From the NCBI GenBank assembly GCA_963801165.1, contig CAWDDT010000004.1:256001-320000 (forward strand): 64,000 nt of DNA. The letters run 5' to 3'. Shown in pieces: positions 32,423-41,921 of this stretch. A program made the position numbers and the translations under genes. The DNA comes from an uncultured bacterium. Lineage in GTDB: Bacteria; Actinomycetota; Acidimicrobiia; Spongiisociales; UBA5794. A model generated the notes under the pieces. That model saw only the letters and a program-made list of their open reading frames with translations. It ran no database searches and was not told the origin of the DNA. Within the stretch, counting starts at the first letter, position 1. Each line of letters begins with the position of its first letter.

Positions 32423-32668
32423 ATGTTCAGTTTCCGAGTGGATGACGAAGAAGCAGCCGACGCCCAGCAATGGGCGCTCCGCCTGGGTATTGACCGTTCA
32501 GAGTTGTTGCGCGACGCGCTGCATCGGCACCTCGTACGGCTTCGGGCCGAGGTCGACATCAAAGCGTGGCAGGAGACGCCGCTCACCGCCGATGAAACGG
32601 CCCTGGCCAAGATCGCGGATTGGGGCCCTGCAGAGGACTGGTCGGATTGGGCCAATGCAACGCGGTGA
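32417..32668 (+). CDS. mazE: Ribbon-helix-helix antitoxin (MazE2-like)
   Basis: FSFRVDD..RSELLRDALHRHL; C-terminal IADWGPAEDWSDWA, which I recall from M. tuberculosis Rv0660c. Confidence 0.85.
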   Translation: MTMFSFRVDDEEAADAQQWALRLGIDRSELLRDALHRHLVRLRAEVDIKAWQETPLTADETALAKIADWGPAEDWSDWANATR

Positions 32669-32963
32669 AATCTGGTTTGCAGCCACACCGGGCGGAGACC
32701 GCCCGGTGCTGATCCTCACTCGGGACCCGGTCGCCGACCGAATCGGTTCGGTCGTCGTCGCCGCGTTGACCAGGACTAGACGAGGGGTGGTGTCGGAGTT
32801 GGAGTTGACGCCACAAGACGACGGGGTACCTACCGAGTGCGTGGCTAATTTCGACAACCTTCACACACTGCCGCGGGACTCTCTTCGAGGCAGAATCACC
32901 CAACTCGGACCAGTCCGAATGGCAGAGGCCTGCCAGGTCCTGAGGGACGCGACTAGCTGCTAA
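32655..32963 (+). CDS. mazF: MazF/PemK endoribonuclease toxin (MazF2-like)
   Basis: MQRGEIWFAATPGGDRPVLILTRDPVADRIG, which I recall from M. tuberculosis Rv0659c; overlaps antitoxin. Confidence 0.92.
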   Translation: MQRGEIWFAATPGGDRPVLILTRDPVADRIGSVVVAALTRTRRGVVSELELTPQDDGVPTECVANFDNLHTLPRDSLRGRITQLGPVRMAEACQVLRDATSC

Positions 32964-33010
32964 CAGCCACCTGCATGCGTGAGGTTCGCGTCCACCGCGG
33001 TTTGCGCACG

Positions 33011-34375
33011 TCAGGCGTGGGGCAACCGGATCAAGGCGTCGACGCCTCCTTTGGGAGCCTCATACAGCGCGGCATCACCCCCGCTCGCCGTCGCGAGTTG
33101 ACGGACTATGGCGAGGCCGAGCCCGGAGCCCTTGCCCGGCTTGCCTTTGGAGTAGAAACGGTCGAAGGCGCGTTCGCGGTCTTCCGCGGGCATGCCGTGG
33201 CCCTCGTCACGGACATGAATCTCCCAGAACCCGTCCCGCTCGTCTACGACGACCGCGACGACACCGCCGTCCTGTGTGGCATCGAGAGCATTGGCGAGCA
33301 GGTTGTCGAGGATCTGTTCGGCCGCCCCGGGCACCGCCAGGGCCCGGGCCGTCGCCGGCGCCTCCATGGTCACCTCGACACCAGACTCGACTGCAAGTGC
33401 CTCCCATGCCGCGGTGCGCTCGTGGGCGACGGCGGCGAGATCGACCGGCTCGGGGTGGTTCGTGCCACCTTCGGCCCGGGCGATGGCGAGCAGGCCGTCG
33501 ACAAGCCGGGAGAGCCGGTGAATCTCGGCGATGGCGGCCGCGACCGCCTGCCGGTCCCCGGGCTCGGCGGAGTCGGCGAGGTTCTCGAGCCGGAGCCGGA
33601 GCGCCGTCAACGGTGTCCGGAGCTGGTGCGAGGCGTCGGCGACGAACGACCGGTGCGAGGCAACCAACGATTCGAGTCGGTCGGCCATCTCGTTGAAGGT
33701 CCCCCCGAGCGAGGTCAGCTCAGGAGCCCCTCTCTGCTCGGGCACCCGGCTGGTGAGATCGCCTGCCGCAAGCGCCCGGGCGGCCTCCTCCAGGCTCCGG
33801 ACCGGGCGGGTGACCTGTCTCGCCAGCGCCACGCCAACGGCCGCAACGGAGATCAGCACGACGAGAGACAGCAGCGCCAGCCGGATCCAGTTGTCGAGTA
33901 CCTCGTCGTTGAGGCTCCCCGCCGGGAACGTGATCCGGATTGCGCCCAGGATCCGGCCGTTGGAGCCGATCGGTTTCGCCACGTAGAGCAGATCGTCTCC
34001 GGCCGTCTCGGAGGGGCGTCGACCGGTGGCGCGCTGCCCGGCGAGGGCGGCCTGGATCTCGGGTCGCGTCGAGAAGTCCATCCTCGGTCCGCCAATATGG
34101 TCCGAGTCGGCGACGCTGATCCCGGCGTCGTCGACGATGATGATCCTCCCGCCCGGCTCATTGGCGTACCCGGCGAGGAGGGCATCGATCTGCGTGGGCC
34201 GGCCGGCCTCGAGATCGTCCTCGACCAGGCTGGCGACGACGGTGGCGTCGCGATCGATCGCATTGAGCAGGTTTGTCTCCTCGCGTGCGGCAAAAGTCCG
34301 GCCGAGCGGCACGATGAGCACAATGAGAACGAACGCGGTGATCAGGAGATACGTGCCCGCCAATCGTCGGGTCAC
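33011..34375 (-). CDS. HAMP-domain sensor histidine kinase
   Basis: Two TMs, Cache-like STRPEIQAAL region, HAMP, ASHQLRTP, NLLANA, DEGHG, GSGLGLAI. Confidence 0.92.
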   Translation of the reverse strand: MTRRLAGTYLLITAFVLIVLIVPLGRTFAAREETNLLNAIDRDATVVASLVEDDLEAGRPTQIDALLAGYANEPGGRIIIVDDAGISVADSDHIGGPRMDFSTRPEIQAALAGQRATGRRPSETAGDDLLYVAKPIGSNGRILGAIRITFPAGSLNDEVLDNWIRLALLSLVVLISVAAVGVALARQVTRPVRSLEEAARALAAGDLTSRVPEQRGAPELTSLGGTFNEMADRLESLVASHRSFVADASHQLRTPLTALRLRLENLADSAEPGDRQAVAAAIAEIHRLSRLVDGLLAIARAEGGTNHPEPVDLAAVAHERTAAWEALAVESGVEVTMEAPATARALAVPGAAEQILDNLLANALDATQDGGVVAVVVDERDGFWEIHVRDEGHGMPAEDRERAFDRFYSKGKPGKGSGLGLAIVRQLATASGGDAALYEAPKGGVDALIRLPHA

Positions 34376-35037
34376 GACGGTGCCTCGAGGCGGAACCCCA
34401 CACCGCGTATCGTGGTGATCCAATCCGGGTTGCCGAGCTTCTTACGGAGCGCGGCCATGTGCACGTCGAGAGTCTTAGTCGGCCCGTACCAGTGCGGATC
34501 CCAAACCTCGTCCATGATCTCTTCCCGGGACCGCACTGCGCCCGGATCCTCGGTGAGCAAGGAGAGAAGATCGAACTCCTTGGGTGTCAGAGGAACCTCG
34601 GCACCGGCTATGGTCACACGTCTCGTCCTGCGATCGATAGCGAGATCCCCGATCTCCTGAACACCGTTGGTCGGGTCGGTTTGATTGGTGGCGGCGCGTC
34701 GGGTCACGGCGCGGATCCGGGCAACCAGCTCGCGGAATCCGAAGGGCTTCACCACATAGTCGTCTGCGCCGAGCTCGAGAAGTACCACACGGTCGATCTC
34801 GTCGCCGCGGGCGGTGACGACGATGATCGGAACATCGGATCGCTCCCGGATCTTCCGGCACACGTCCCGGCCGTCGATGTCCGGCAAACCGAGATCGAGC
34901 AGGATCAGGTCGTGTGGTTCCGTCTCGAGCGCTTCGCCGCCCGAAGCCACCCTGGTTGTCGTGAACCCCTCACGGTGCAAGCCGTCGAGTAGCGGTTCGG
35001 CTATGGAGTCGTCATCTTCGACCACGAGGATTCGCAT
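34372..35037 (-). CDS. OmpR-family response regulator
   Basis: VVEDD, LLDLGLPDIDG, GADDYVVKPF, LTPKEF, TIRGVGFR. Confidence 0.95.
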   Translation of the reverse strand: MRILVVEDDDSIAEPLLDGLHREGFTTTRVASGGEALETEPHDLILLDLGLPDIDGRDVCRKIRERSDVPIIVVTARGDEIDRVVLLELGADDYVVKPFGFRELVARIRAVTRRAATNQTDPTNGVQEIGDLAIDRRTRRVTIAGAEVPLTPKEFDLLSLLTEDPGAVRSREEIMDEVWDPHWYGPTKTLDVHMAALRKKLGNPDWITTIRGVGFRLEAPS

Positions 35038-35049
35038 TGATTCGGCCTT

Positions 35050-35089
35050 TTCTTAGTGGATTCTCAGGAAGCTTTGCCGTGTCTTTACC
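35050..35089. promoter_or_regulatory. Candidate OmpR-type binding array with 11-bp periodicity
   Basis: TTCTTAG (35050) / TTCTCAG (35061) and CTTTGCC (35072) / CTTTACC (35083) between divergent operons. Confidence 0.5.
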
Positions 35090-35165
35090 TTTGGCTGGGT
35101 GTGCTCTGTACCGGCACAGCATACGGTTGTGAAGTCAAATCGATACCAAGGTCCAGGAGGACCAA

Positions 35166-35504
35166 ATGAAACTCGCAAAGCCCATCACGACATCGCTCGG
35201 CGCAGTTGCGCTGACGCTGATCGCGGCGGGCTCGGCCCTGGCGGTCAATATCGGGATCTTGAGCCAGAACGGCACCTCCGCCGTCGGGGCGCTCGACACC
35301 GTGACGAGCACGACGGCCGTTGCCGCCTCCCAGCCGAGCCCGCAGTTCATATACGTCAACCTCAATGACCCAACGCAAGCCGTGACCGCCGTGGATCAGA
35401 CGACCGCACCCCAGGTCGCTCCGGCGGCGGCAACCAATCTCGTGAATACCAGTCTCGTCAATACTGGTGAGCAAGAGTATGAAGGGGCCGAATACGATGA
35501 CTGA
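35166..35504 (+). CDS. Exported low-complexity protein with acidic C-terminus
   Basis: AGGAGG RBS, signal/TM segment, Thr/Ala/Gln-rich body, ends EQEYEGAEYDD. Confidence 0.75.
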   Translation: MKLAKPITTSLGAVALTLIAAGSALAVNIGILSQNGTSAVGALDTVTSTTAVAASQPSPQFIYVNLNDPTQAVTAVDQTTAPQVAPAAATNLVNTSLVNTGEQEYEGAEYDD

Positions 35505-36060
35505 CGATCAAGCACGCAGAATCGCGCAGCTGAACGCCCGGCGCTCGCAAGCCAGTTCGAGTGGGACCTCATCGCAAGTCAGGTCGGGTAGGGCATCAGC
35601 GCAAGTGAGGTCGGGTAGGACGGCCGGGACCGCCCCCGTTGCCAAGCAGCACAGGGCTCGCAAGAGCCGCGCCCTGGTCCTTGGTCTGAGCGTGGCCACC
35701 TCTGCAGGCCTGGTTTCGGGAATGTGGACGCAGGCGGCGCTGGCCAACAACGACCCGGCGGGCAGCACCGCGCTCCAGGCCGATCCGACACCGCAAGTCA
35801 CGACGACGACGTCACCGTCCAATGTCACGCTCCAGCCGGATCAGACGCTTGTGCCCGTTGTCATCCCCGGTCAGGACGGTCAACCCGACCATGTCGTGTA
35901 CCTGGTGGTCACCCGGCCGACGTCGAGTTCCGGCGCCACCTCGTTGCGTTCGACCACGAGCGGTACGACGCAAACGACGCAGCCACCCGCTCAGGCAGTC
36001 ACGCCGACCCCCAGGCCCACGATCAAGATACCCGTGACGAGAAGCCATGGCAGCCGCTGA
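35497..36060 (+). CDS. Single-TM Thr/Ser/Pro-rich protein, candidate ApbE substrate
   Basis: Basic N-terminus, hydrophobic segment, disordered stalk, ends VTRSHGSR; overlaps both neighbours. Confidence 0.7.
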   Translation: MTDDQARRIAQLNARRSQASSSGTSSQVRSGRASAQVRSGRTAGTAPVAKQHRARKSRALVLGLSVATSAGLVSGMWTQAALANNDPAGSTALQADPTPQVTTTTSPSNVTLQPDQTLVPVVIPGQDGQPDHVVYLVVTRPTSSSGATSLRSTTSGTTQTTQPPAQAVTPTPRPTIKIPVTRSHGSR

Positions 36061-36949
36061 ACGCCACTTCCATGCCATGGGCGGGGAGGCTCACGTCCTG
36101 GTGGTTGGAGGTGGAACAGACCTGCTGGACGCGGCCGTGGAACGTGTTGCCGACCTCGAGGCACGCTGGACCCGCTTCCGCAAGGACAGTGAGATCTCGC
36201 TTCTCAACACGATGCCCGGTATGCCGGTCATCGTGTCGGAGGAGACGTTTGAGCTCGTCGACAAGGCCGTCTTCGCCTGGAAGCACACCCGGGGCCGGTT
36301 CGATCCGACAGTGTTGGGATCGCTCGCCGCCATCGGCTACGACAGGAGTTTCGACAACATCACCGACGAAGGAGCCGTCCGCCCCCTTACCGGTGCCCCC
36401 GGTTGCCACGGCATCGTCCTGGATCGCCGCAAGCCGGCGATCACCCTGCCTTATGGTGTCACGATCGATCCGGGCGGCATCGGTAAGGGACTTGGGGCCG
36501 ACATCGTCGTTCGTGAGCTTCTGGCCGCGGGAGCCGACGGAGCCATGGTCAATCTGGGTGGAGACATCCGGGTGGCCGGGCGCTCTTCGGAAGGAGAGGG
36601 ATGGACGATCCTGGTCGAGGATCCGTTCGATGCGTCGCAGGAGCTGGTCAGGGTGCACATCGCCGATGGTGCCGTCGCTACGAGCAGCAGATTGGAACGA
36701 CGCTGGGTGCGGGACGGCACGGAGTATCACCACCTCATCGACCCGGAGACGGGCCGCCCGTTCGGCGGCGATGTGGTCGCTGTGACCGTCGTGGCCGGGT
36801 CGGCCTGGTGGGCCGAGGTCATGACCAAGGCGGTGTTTGCCGCCGGTGCTGCCGCGGCAGATACGGTTCTCTATAACGCCAGCGCTTTGGTCATCGATGT
36901 CGACGGTCGGCGTCGAACTACCCCCGGATTCGTAGAGGCGGCGGCATGA
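36047..36949 (+). CDS. apbE: FAD:protein FMN transferase
   Basis: AMG, RFRKDSEISLLN, GRFDPT, DPGGIGKG, VNLGGDI, VATS, HHLIDPETG; no N-terminal signal peptide visible. Confidence 0.93.
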   Translation: MAAAERHFHAMGGEAHVLVVGGGTDLLDAAVERVADLEARWTRFRKDSEISLLNTMPGMPVIVSEETFELVDKAVFAWKHTRGRFDPTVLGSLAAIGYDRSFDNITDEGAVRPLTGAPGCHGIVLDRRKPAITLPYGVTIDPGGIGKGLGADIVVRELLAAGADGAMVNLGGDIRVAGRSSEGEGWTILVEDPFDASQELVRVHIADGAVATSSRLERRWVRDGTEYHHLIDPETGRPFGGDVVAVTVVAGSAWWAEVMTKAVFAAGAAAADTVLYNASALVIDVDGRRRTTPGFVEAAA

Positions 36950-37620
36950 GCAACCAACTGTGGTGGTACGTGGCCCGCTCGTCGGGTTTGGTTGCTTCAG
37001 CTCTGCTGGCAGTGTCGGTCATCTGGGGCCTGTTGCTGTCAACGCGGGTGCTGGAGCGGCGACCGAGCCCCAAGTGGCTGCTCGATCTGCACCGCTACCT
37101 CGGCGGTCTTGCGGTGATCTTCACCGGGTTCCACCTGGTCGGGCTGGTCGCCGACACCTACGTGCACTTCGACCTGGTCAGCCTCTTCGTTCCGATGGCG
37201 TCCGAATGGAAGCCGGGTCCGGTTGCCTGGGGTGTCGTCGCCCTGTACGGGCTGGTCGCGGTCGAGGTGACTTCACTGATGATGAAGCACCTCTCGCGCA
37301 AGGTCTGGCACGGCATCCATCTCACCAGCTACGCGGTGTTCTGGATGGCGGCGCTCCATGGGGCCACCGCCGGCACCGATGCCGGGAACGCCTGGTACGT
37401 CGGGTTGTCGGTGGCGAGCATCGTGCTGGTGCTGCTCCTGACGATCTACCGGATCCTCATCGGCAAGAAGTCACTGGCTGCGGCGCCGAGAACGAGCATG
37501 GAGACCGCGCGGACAACGGCCCGCAGTGTCTCGGGCAACGCTCGAGGCCGATCGGCCAATGCCGCCTACGGAAGGTCGGCGGTGCGATCCCGGCAGTCGC
37601 GAGTTTCGGCGAGGCGTTAG
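36946..37620 (+). CDS. Ferric reductase-like / MsrQ-like heme b membrane protein
   Basis: WYVARSSG, His pairs LHRYLG..FHL and IHLTSY..LHG in TM helices; no FAD/NAD domain. Confidence 0.85.
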   Translation: MSNQLWWYVARSSGLVASALLAVSVIWGLLLSTRVLERRPSPKWLLDLHRYLGGLAVIFTGFHLVGLVADTYVHFDLVSLFVPMASEWKPGPVAWGVVALYGLVAVEVTSLMMKHLSRKVWHGIHLTSYAVFWMAALHGATAGTDAGNAWYVGLSVASIVLVLLLTIYRILIGKKSLAAAPRTSMETARTTARSVSGNARGRSANAAYGRSAVRSRQSRVSARR

Positions 37621-37660
37621 GCCCCGATGAGGGTGCCGTCTGGGCTATCGTCCCCGCATT

Positions 37661-40066
37661 GTGACCGCACTCCAGTCGTTTCTCGACCTCCGCAAGACGA
37701 TCGCCAGGGAGAAGATCGGCGACGGTGGGCTCGACATATGCTCCGCCCTGTCGGACAGACTCGATGCGTCCCTGGCCGAGCTGGGCAGCCAACTCGGAGG
37801 CGGTGCCGCCGTGGTGGCGCTGGGCGGCTACGGGCGGAGGGAGCAGTGCCTTTGGTCCGACGTCGACGTGATGGTGCTCCATGACCACGACGATCCGGAG
37901 ACGCTGGTCAAGACCGTGCTCTACCCATTGTGGGATGCGGACCTCAAGGTTGGCCATGCCGTGCGAACGGTCGCCGACAATCGGGCGCACGCTGCCGAGG
38001 ACTTCGAATCTCTGACGGCACTGCTGTCGGCCCGGCTGATCGCCGGCGATAGGGATCTATTCGACGAGTTCATGAGCATGCTGGTTGAGCTCATCCGCAA
38101 GCGTCCGCTGGCCCCGCGGCTGGTTGCGGCCGAGCGGGAACGGAGAGCCGTAGATCCTTACCCGACGATGACCGCCGACGTGAAGACCGGTCGGGGAGGC
38201 TTGCGCACCCATCACGGCTTCTGGTGGGAGCGGCGCCGTGCCGAGCTGATCGGTCTGCCGGTCGACGAGCCTGCCGCGGCCGAGGTCGAGGCGCAGGCAC
38301 AGCTGCTGGCGATACGCAACGCTCTTCATGCCAGCGCGGGTCGTGGCCAGGACCGGTTCCTGGCCGACCTGCGGGCACCCGCCGCCTCGTGGCTCGGCAC
38401 GGACGTGGCATCGCTCGCCAGGATGTTCACGTCCGCTTTGCATACAGGCGATCTCCTCGCGGATCAGCGATGGCCGGATCTGCACGCAGAGCAGGACCCG
38501 ATGGTCGGCTTGGGTAGGCGGATATTCGGTGTTTTCAGAAGCCGGTTCAGTGCCACCACCGAGCCGGCCAGGGACACGGATCGCGTCCTGGCCATGGCGG
38601 TAGTTGCCGCGGCTCGACGTGATGGCGCCTGGTTCACACCGGAGGAGGAGGCCGCAATCGCAGCAGCCGAGCCGACACGGTGGACCGCCGTCGATAGGGC
38701 AGCTTTCGTCAAGCTGCTCTCGGCGGGCGCCCGTGGCCGAACGATCTTCGGCCGTCTCGAGGTGCTTGGTTGGGTCGGGCGCGAGTTCCCGGAATGGGTC
38801 CCGGTCGCCACCGCCCCGCAGCTGGCACCGTTCCACGACCATCCGGCGGGCGCTCATCTGTGGCGAGCCGTCGACGAGATGGAGGGGCTGATCGAGGGTG
38901 GAGGCGACGCCGGTGCGGTGGCGGAAGCGGTTGGTTCGACTGAGGAGCTACTGCTGGCCGCTTTCCTGCACGACATAGGCAAGGCCCGCGGCGGCAATCA
39001 CGCCGAGGTCGGCGCCGCGGTGGCTGCGGTGTTTCTGCGTCGAGCCGGCTTTGGCGCCGCCACGACGGGTGTCGTCGTAGAGGCAGTGAAGCTGCACCTG
39101 TTGCTTTCGGAGACGGCGACGCGGCGCGATGTCGCCAACCTCGACGTCATCAACGAGGTGGCGGATCTGGTCGGTGACGTGCACCTGCTAGACGTCATCT
39201 ACCTTCTGACGATTGCCGATCTGAGAGCAACCGGGACCACGATGTGGAACGAGTGGCGATCGAGTCTGATCGACTCCCTGTACAAGAGGGTGCGGGACGC
39301 GATCGAGCAGGGTGGCGCCACCCCGGCGACACAGAGCGTTGATGCCATCCTGGCCGCCGCGGCCGGGTCGGTCGATCGCCGGGACATCGAAGAACACGTC
39401 GCCGCCATGCCAGACGACTATCTGGGAGCTACGACCGCTCGCGAGATCTTGTGGCATCTCGAGGTCATCACGTCACTCGACAACGCGGCCGCGCTGTCTG
39501 TTGACCCTGAAGACCCGGGGCGGGTGCTGGTAGTCGGCACCGACCGGTCTGGTTTTCTTCTCGCCGTCGCCAGGGCATTCACCGCCAACGGCGTAGGCAT
39601 TCTCGATGCCCGGCTGCGAACCCGGGCGGACGGTATCGCTCTGGACACATTTCACGTGCTCACCGACCATGCCGGCGGCGCTGTTCCTGCCGCCCGATGG
39701 GATGCGATTGCCGCCGATCTGCGCAAATCGCTCGAGGAAGGGAGCGATCTCCGTCCCGCGATCAGAGAGCGGGTCGAGGCCTACCGGCGACCTCCCCGCA
39801 CAGGTGCGGGGGTCGAGGTGCGGGCGGCCCTGGTGGACCGGCGCACCGTCGTCGAGGTGCGTGCCCCGGATCGAATCGGCCTGCTGGCCGACATCGTCGA
39901 GGCGCTGCACGGTGACGGTCTCGATATCCACCTGGCTCGCATCGACACCATGGGAGGCATCGCCCGGGACATTTTCTATGTGCGTCGCATCGGTGGCATC
40001 CCCATACGGGACGAGTCGGAGCTGGCGAGCTTGCAGGGCCGGATCACAGACAAACTCAGGGGCTGA
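37661..40066 (+). CDS. glnD: PII uridylyl/adenylyl-transferase
   Basis: ALGGYGRRE..SDVD, DVKTGRGGLR, LHDIGK HD domain, two ACT domains (DRSGFL, DRIGLL). Confidence 0.92.
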   Translation: MTALQSFLDLRKTIAREKIGDGGLDICSALSDRLDASLAELGSQLGGGAAVVALGGYGRREQCLWSDVDVMVLHDHDDPETLVKTVLYPLWDADLKVGHAVRTVADNRAHAAEDFESLTALLSARLIAGDRDLFDEFMSMLVELIRKRPLAPRLVAAERERRAVDPYPTMTADVKTGRGGLRTHHGFWWERRRAELIGLPVDEPAAAEVEAQAQLLAIRNALHASAGRGQDRFLADLRAPAASWLGTDVASLARMFTSALHTGDLLADQRWPDLHAEQDPMVGLGRRIFGVFRSRFSATTEPARDTDRVLAMAVVAAARRDGAWFTPEEEAAIAAAEPTRWTAVDRAAFVKLLSAGARGRTIFGRLEVLGWVGREFPEWVPVATAPQLAPFHDHPAGAHLWRAVDEMEGLIEGGGDAGAVAEAVGSTEELLLAAFLHDIGKARGGNHAEVGAAVAAVFLRRAGFGAATTGVVVEAVKLHLLLSETATRRDVANLDVINEVADLVGDVHLLDVIYLLTIADLRATGTTMWNEWRSSLIDSLYKRVRDAIEQGGATPATQSVDAILAAAAGSVDRRDIEEHVAAMPDDYLGATTAREILWHLEVITSLDNAAALSVDPEDPGRVLVVGTDRSGFLLAVARAFTANGVGILDARLRTRADGIALDTFHVLTDHAGGAVPAARWDAIAADLRKSLEEGSDLRPAIRERVEAYRRPPRTGAGVEVRAALVDRRTVVEVRAPDRIGLLADIVEALHGDGLDIHLARIDTMGGIARDIFYVRRIGGIPIRDESELASLQGRITDKLRG

Positions 40067-40092
40067 GCGGCGGGAGGCGCTCAGCCCCTGAG
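40055..40092. terminator. Bidirectional hairpin between glnD and glnK
   Basis: Perfect 15-bp stem CTCAGGGGCTGAGCG / CGCTCAGCCCCTGAG with 8-nt loop; includes glnD stop. Confidence 0.8.
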
Positions 40093-40121
40093 CTAGACAC
40101 GGGGTGCTCGGTTACGCGTTG

Positions 40122-40460
40122 CTAGATCGCGTCCCCCCCTTGTTCCCCCGTGCGGATGCGGACGAGAGCGTCGACGGGGGTGACCCAGATCTTCCCGTCG
40201 CCGATCTGCCCGGTGCTCGCTGTCGTCTGGATCGTGTCGCTGACGGCCGATGCCTCGGCGTCGTCAACGATCACTTCCAGCTTCACCTTCGGGGTGAACT
40301 CGACCGTGTACTCGGCCCCGCGATAGGTCTCGGTGTGCCCACCTTGCCTTCCGAACCCTCTGACCTCCGTGACCGTGACGCCCTTGACTCCGATGGCTCG
40401 GAGAGCGTCCTTGACTTCGTCGACTTTGTGCGGCTTGATCACCGCTGTAACGAGTTTCAT
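40122..40460 (-). CDS. glnK: Nitrogen regulatory protein PII
   Basis: 112 aa; GFGRQGG, T-loop YRGAEY (Tyr51), TGQIGDGKI; linked to amtB. Confidence 0.95.
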   Translation of the reverse strand: MKLVTAVIKPHKVDEVKDALRAIGVKGVTVTEVRGFGRQGGHTETYRGAEYTVEFTPKVKLEVIVDDAEASAVSDTIQTTASTGQIGDGKIWVTPVDALVRIRTGEQGGDAI

Positions 40461-40484
40461 GTTCTCAACTCCTCTCGGTGTGAC

Positions 40485-41822
40485 CTAAGCCAAAGCCGTG
40501 ACGTCGATACCGTACCCGGGGGCGCCGTGCTCGACCACGTCGAGACCCTCGATCTCCTCGTCCGCAGGGACACGGAGGCCGATCGTCGACTTGAGCGCCC
40601 AGAACAGGATGCCGGTCGTGATGGTGACGAACACGAACACCGAGACGATGCCGACGATCTGGGTCCACAGCAGGCTGAAGCCGTCTCCGTACAGGAGTCC
40701 GCCCCCGTCTCCGTTCGTGGCCAGCAGCCCGACCATGAATGTCCCAAAAGCGCCACACACGCCGTGGACGGATATGGCACCGACGGGATCGTCGACCCCG
40801 CGCCTGTCGATGAAGAACACTGCGAACACAACCAGGATGCCGGCGAGTGTCCCGATGATGAATGCGCCCCAGTTGGACACTGCAGCACACCCGGCGGTGA
40901 TGGCGACCAGACCGGCGAGAACGCCGTTGCCTGCCATGGCCACGTCGGGGAATCCGGTCTTCAGCCAAACGGTGATGACCGCGGCTACCCCACCGGCGCA
41001 GCCGGCGATCAATGTCGTCACCGCGATAGCGGACACGGCCCCGTCGGCGGCGAGTTCCGAGCCGGGGTTGAACCCGAACCATCCGATGAACAGGATGAAC
41101 ACGCCGGTTATGGCGAACGGGATCGAGTGACCGGGGATGGCGTTCGGTTTGCCGTCCTTGTCGTACTTGCCGATACGGGGTCCCAGGATGATGGCGCCCA
41201 TCAGAGCAGCCCAGCCACCGACGCTGTGCACGACCGTCGAGCCGGCAAAGTCGATCATCGGTGTGCTGAGGTTCGACAGCCAGCCGCCGCCCCAGATCCA
41301 ATGGACCACGATCGGGTAGATCAGCGCCGAGATCACAAAGCTGTAGACGAAGTACGACTTGAACTTCGTGCGCTCCGCCATCGCTCCAGACACGATCGTC
41401 GCCGCCGTCGCCGCAAAGGCGACCTGGAATATGAAGAACGTCGGCAGCGTCAACGTGCCGAAGAACCCATCGGAGAAGTAGTTGGTGTTGAGGAACCATC
41501 CGTGGTAGCCGAATATGCCGTTGCCTGTGCTGAAGGCAAGGGCAAATCCGGTGGCGGCGAAAGCCAGCACGCCGACCAGGAAGTCCATCAGGTTCTTCAT
41601 GAAGATATTGGCGACGTTCTTCGCCCTGGTCAGACCGGCCTCCACCATGGCGAAGCCGGCCTGCATGAATATGACCAGCACCGCCGCGATGAGGACCCAG
41701 ATATTGTCCAGGGTGGCCTGGACGGCATCTGCCGTCATCTCCTGTTGGGCGAGTGCTGGAGCGGCCAGTAACAGTGTCGCCAGACCCGCTCCGACGCCTA
41801 CGAACAGCAGTCTCCGCTTCAT
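40485..41822 (-). CDS. amtB: Ammonium transporter
   Basis: Own AAGGAG RBS and ATG at 41822; FMQAGFAMVEAG, SGAMAER, DFAGSTVVH, GWFGFNPGS, DDPVGAISVHG. Confidence 0.95.
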   Translation of the reverse strand: MKRRLLFVGVGAGLATLLLAAPALAQQEMTADAVQATLDNIWVLIAAVLVIFMQAGFAMVEAGLTRAKNVANIFMKNLMDFLVGVLAFAATGFALAFSTGNGIFGYHGWFLNTNYFSDGFFGTLTLPTFFIFQVAFAATAATIVSGAMAERTKFKSYFVYSFVISALIYPIVVHWIWGGGWLSNLSTPMIDFAGSTVVHSVGGWAALMGAIILGPRIGKYDKDGKPNAIPGHSIPFAITGVFILFIGWFGFNPGSELAADGAVSAIAVTTLIAGCAGGVAAVITVWLKTGFPDVAMAGNGVLAGLVAITAGCAAVSNWGAFIIGTLAGILVVFAVFFIDRRGVDDPVGAISVHGVCGAFGTFMVGLLATNGDGGGLLYGDGFSLLWTQIVGIVSVFVFVTITTGILFWALKSTIGLRVPADEEIEGLDVVEHGAPGYGIDVTALA

Positions 41823-41921
41823 TTGTTGTCTCCTTGCCTTTCGGCCTATTAGCGCCCTCTCCCGAGAGCATGTGGACACACACCCTGGGATCAGGTTGCT
41901 CGGAGACGCTAAGTGGCGTTC

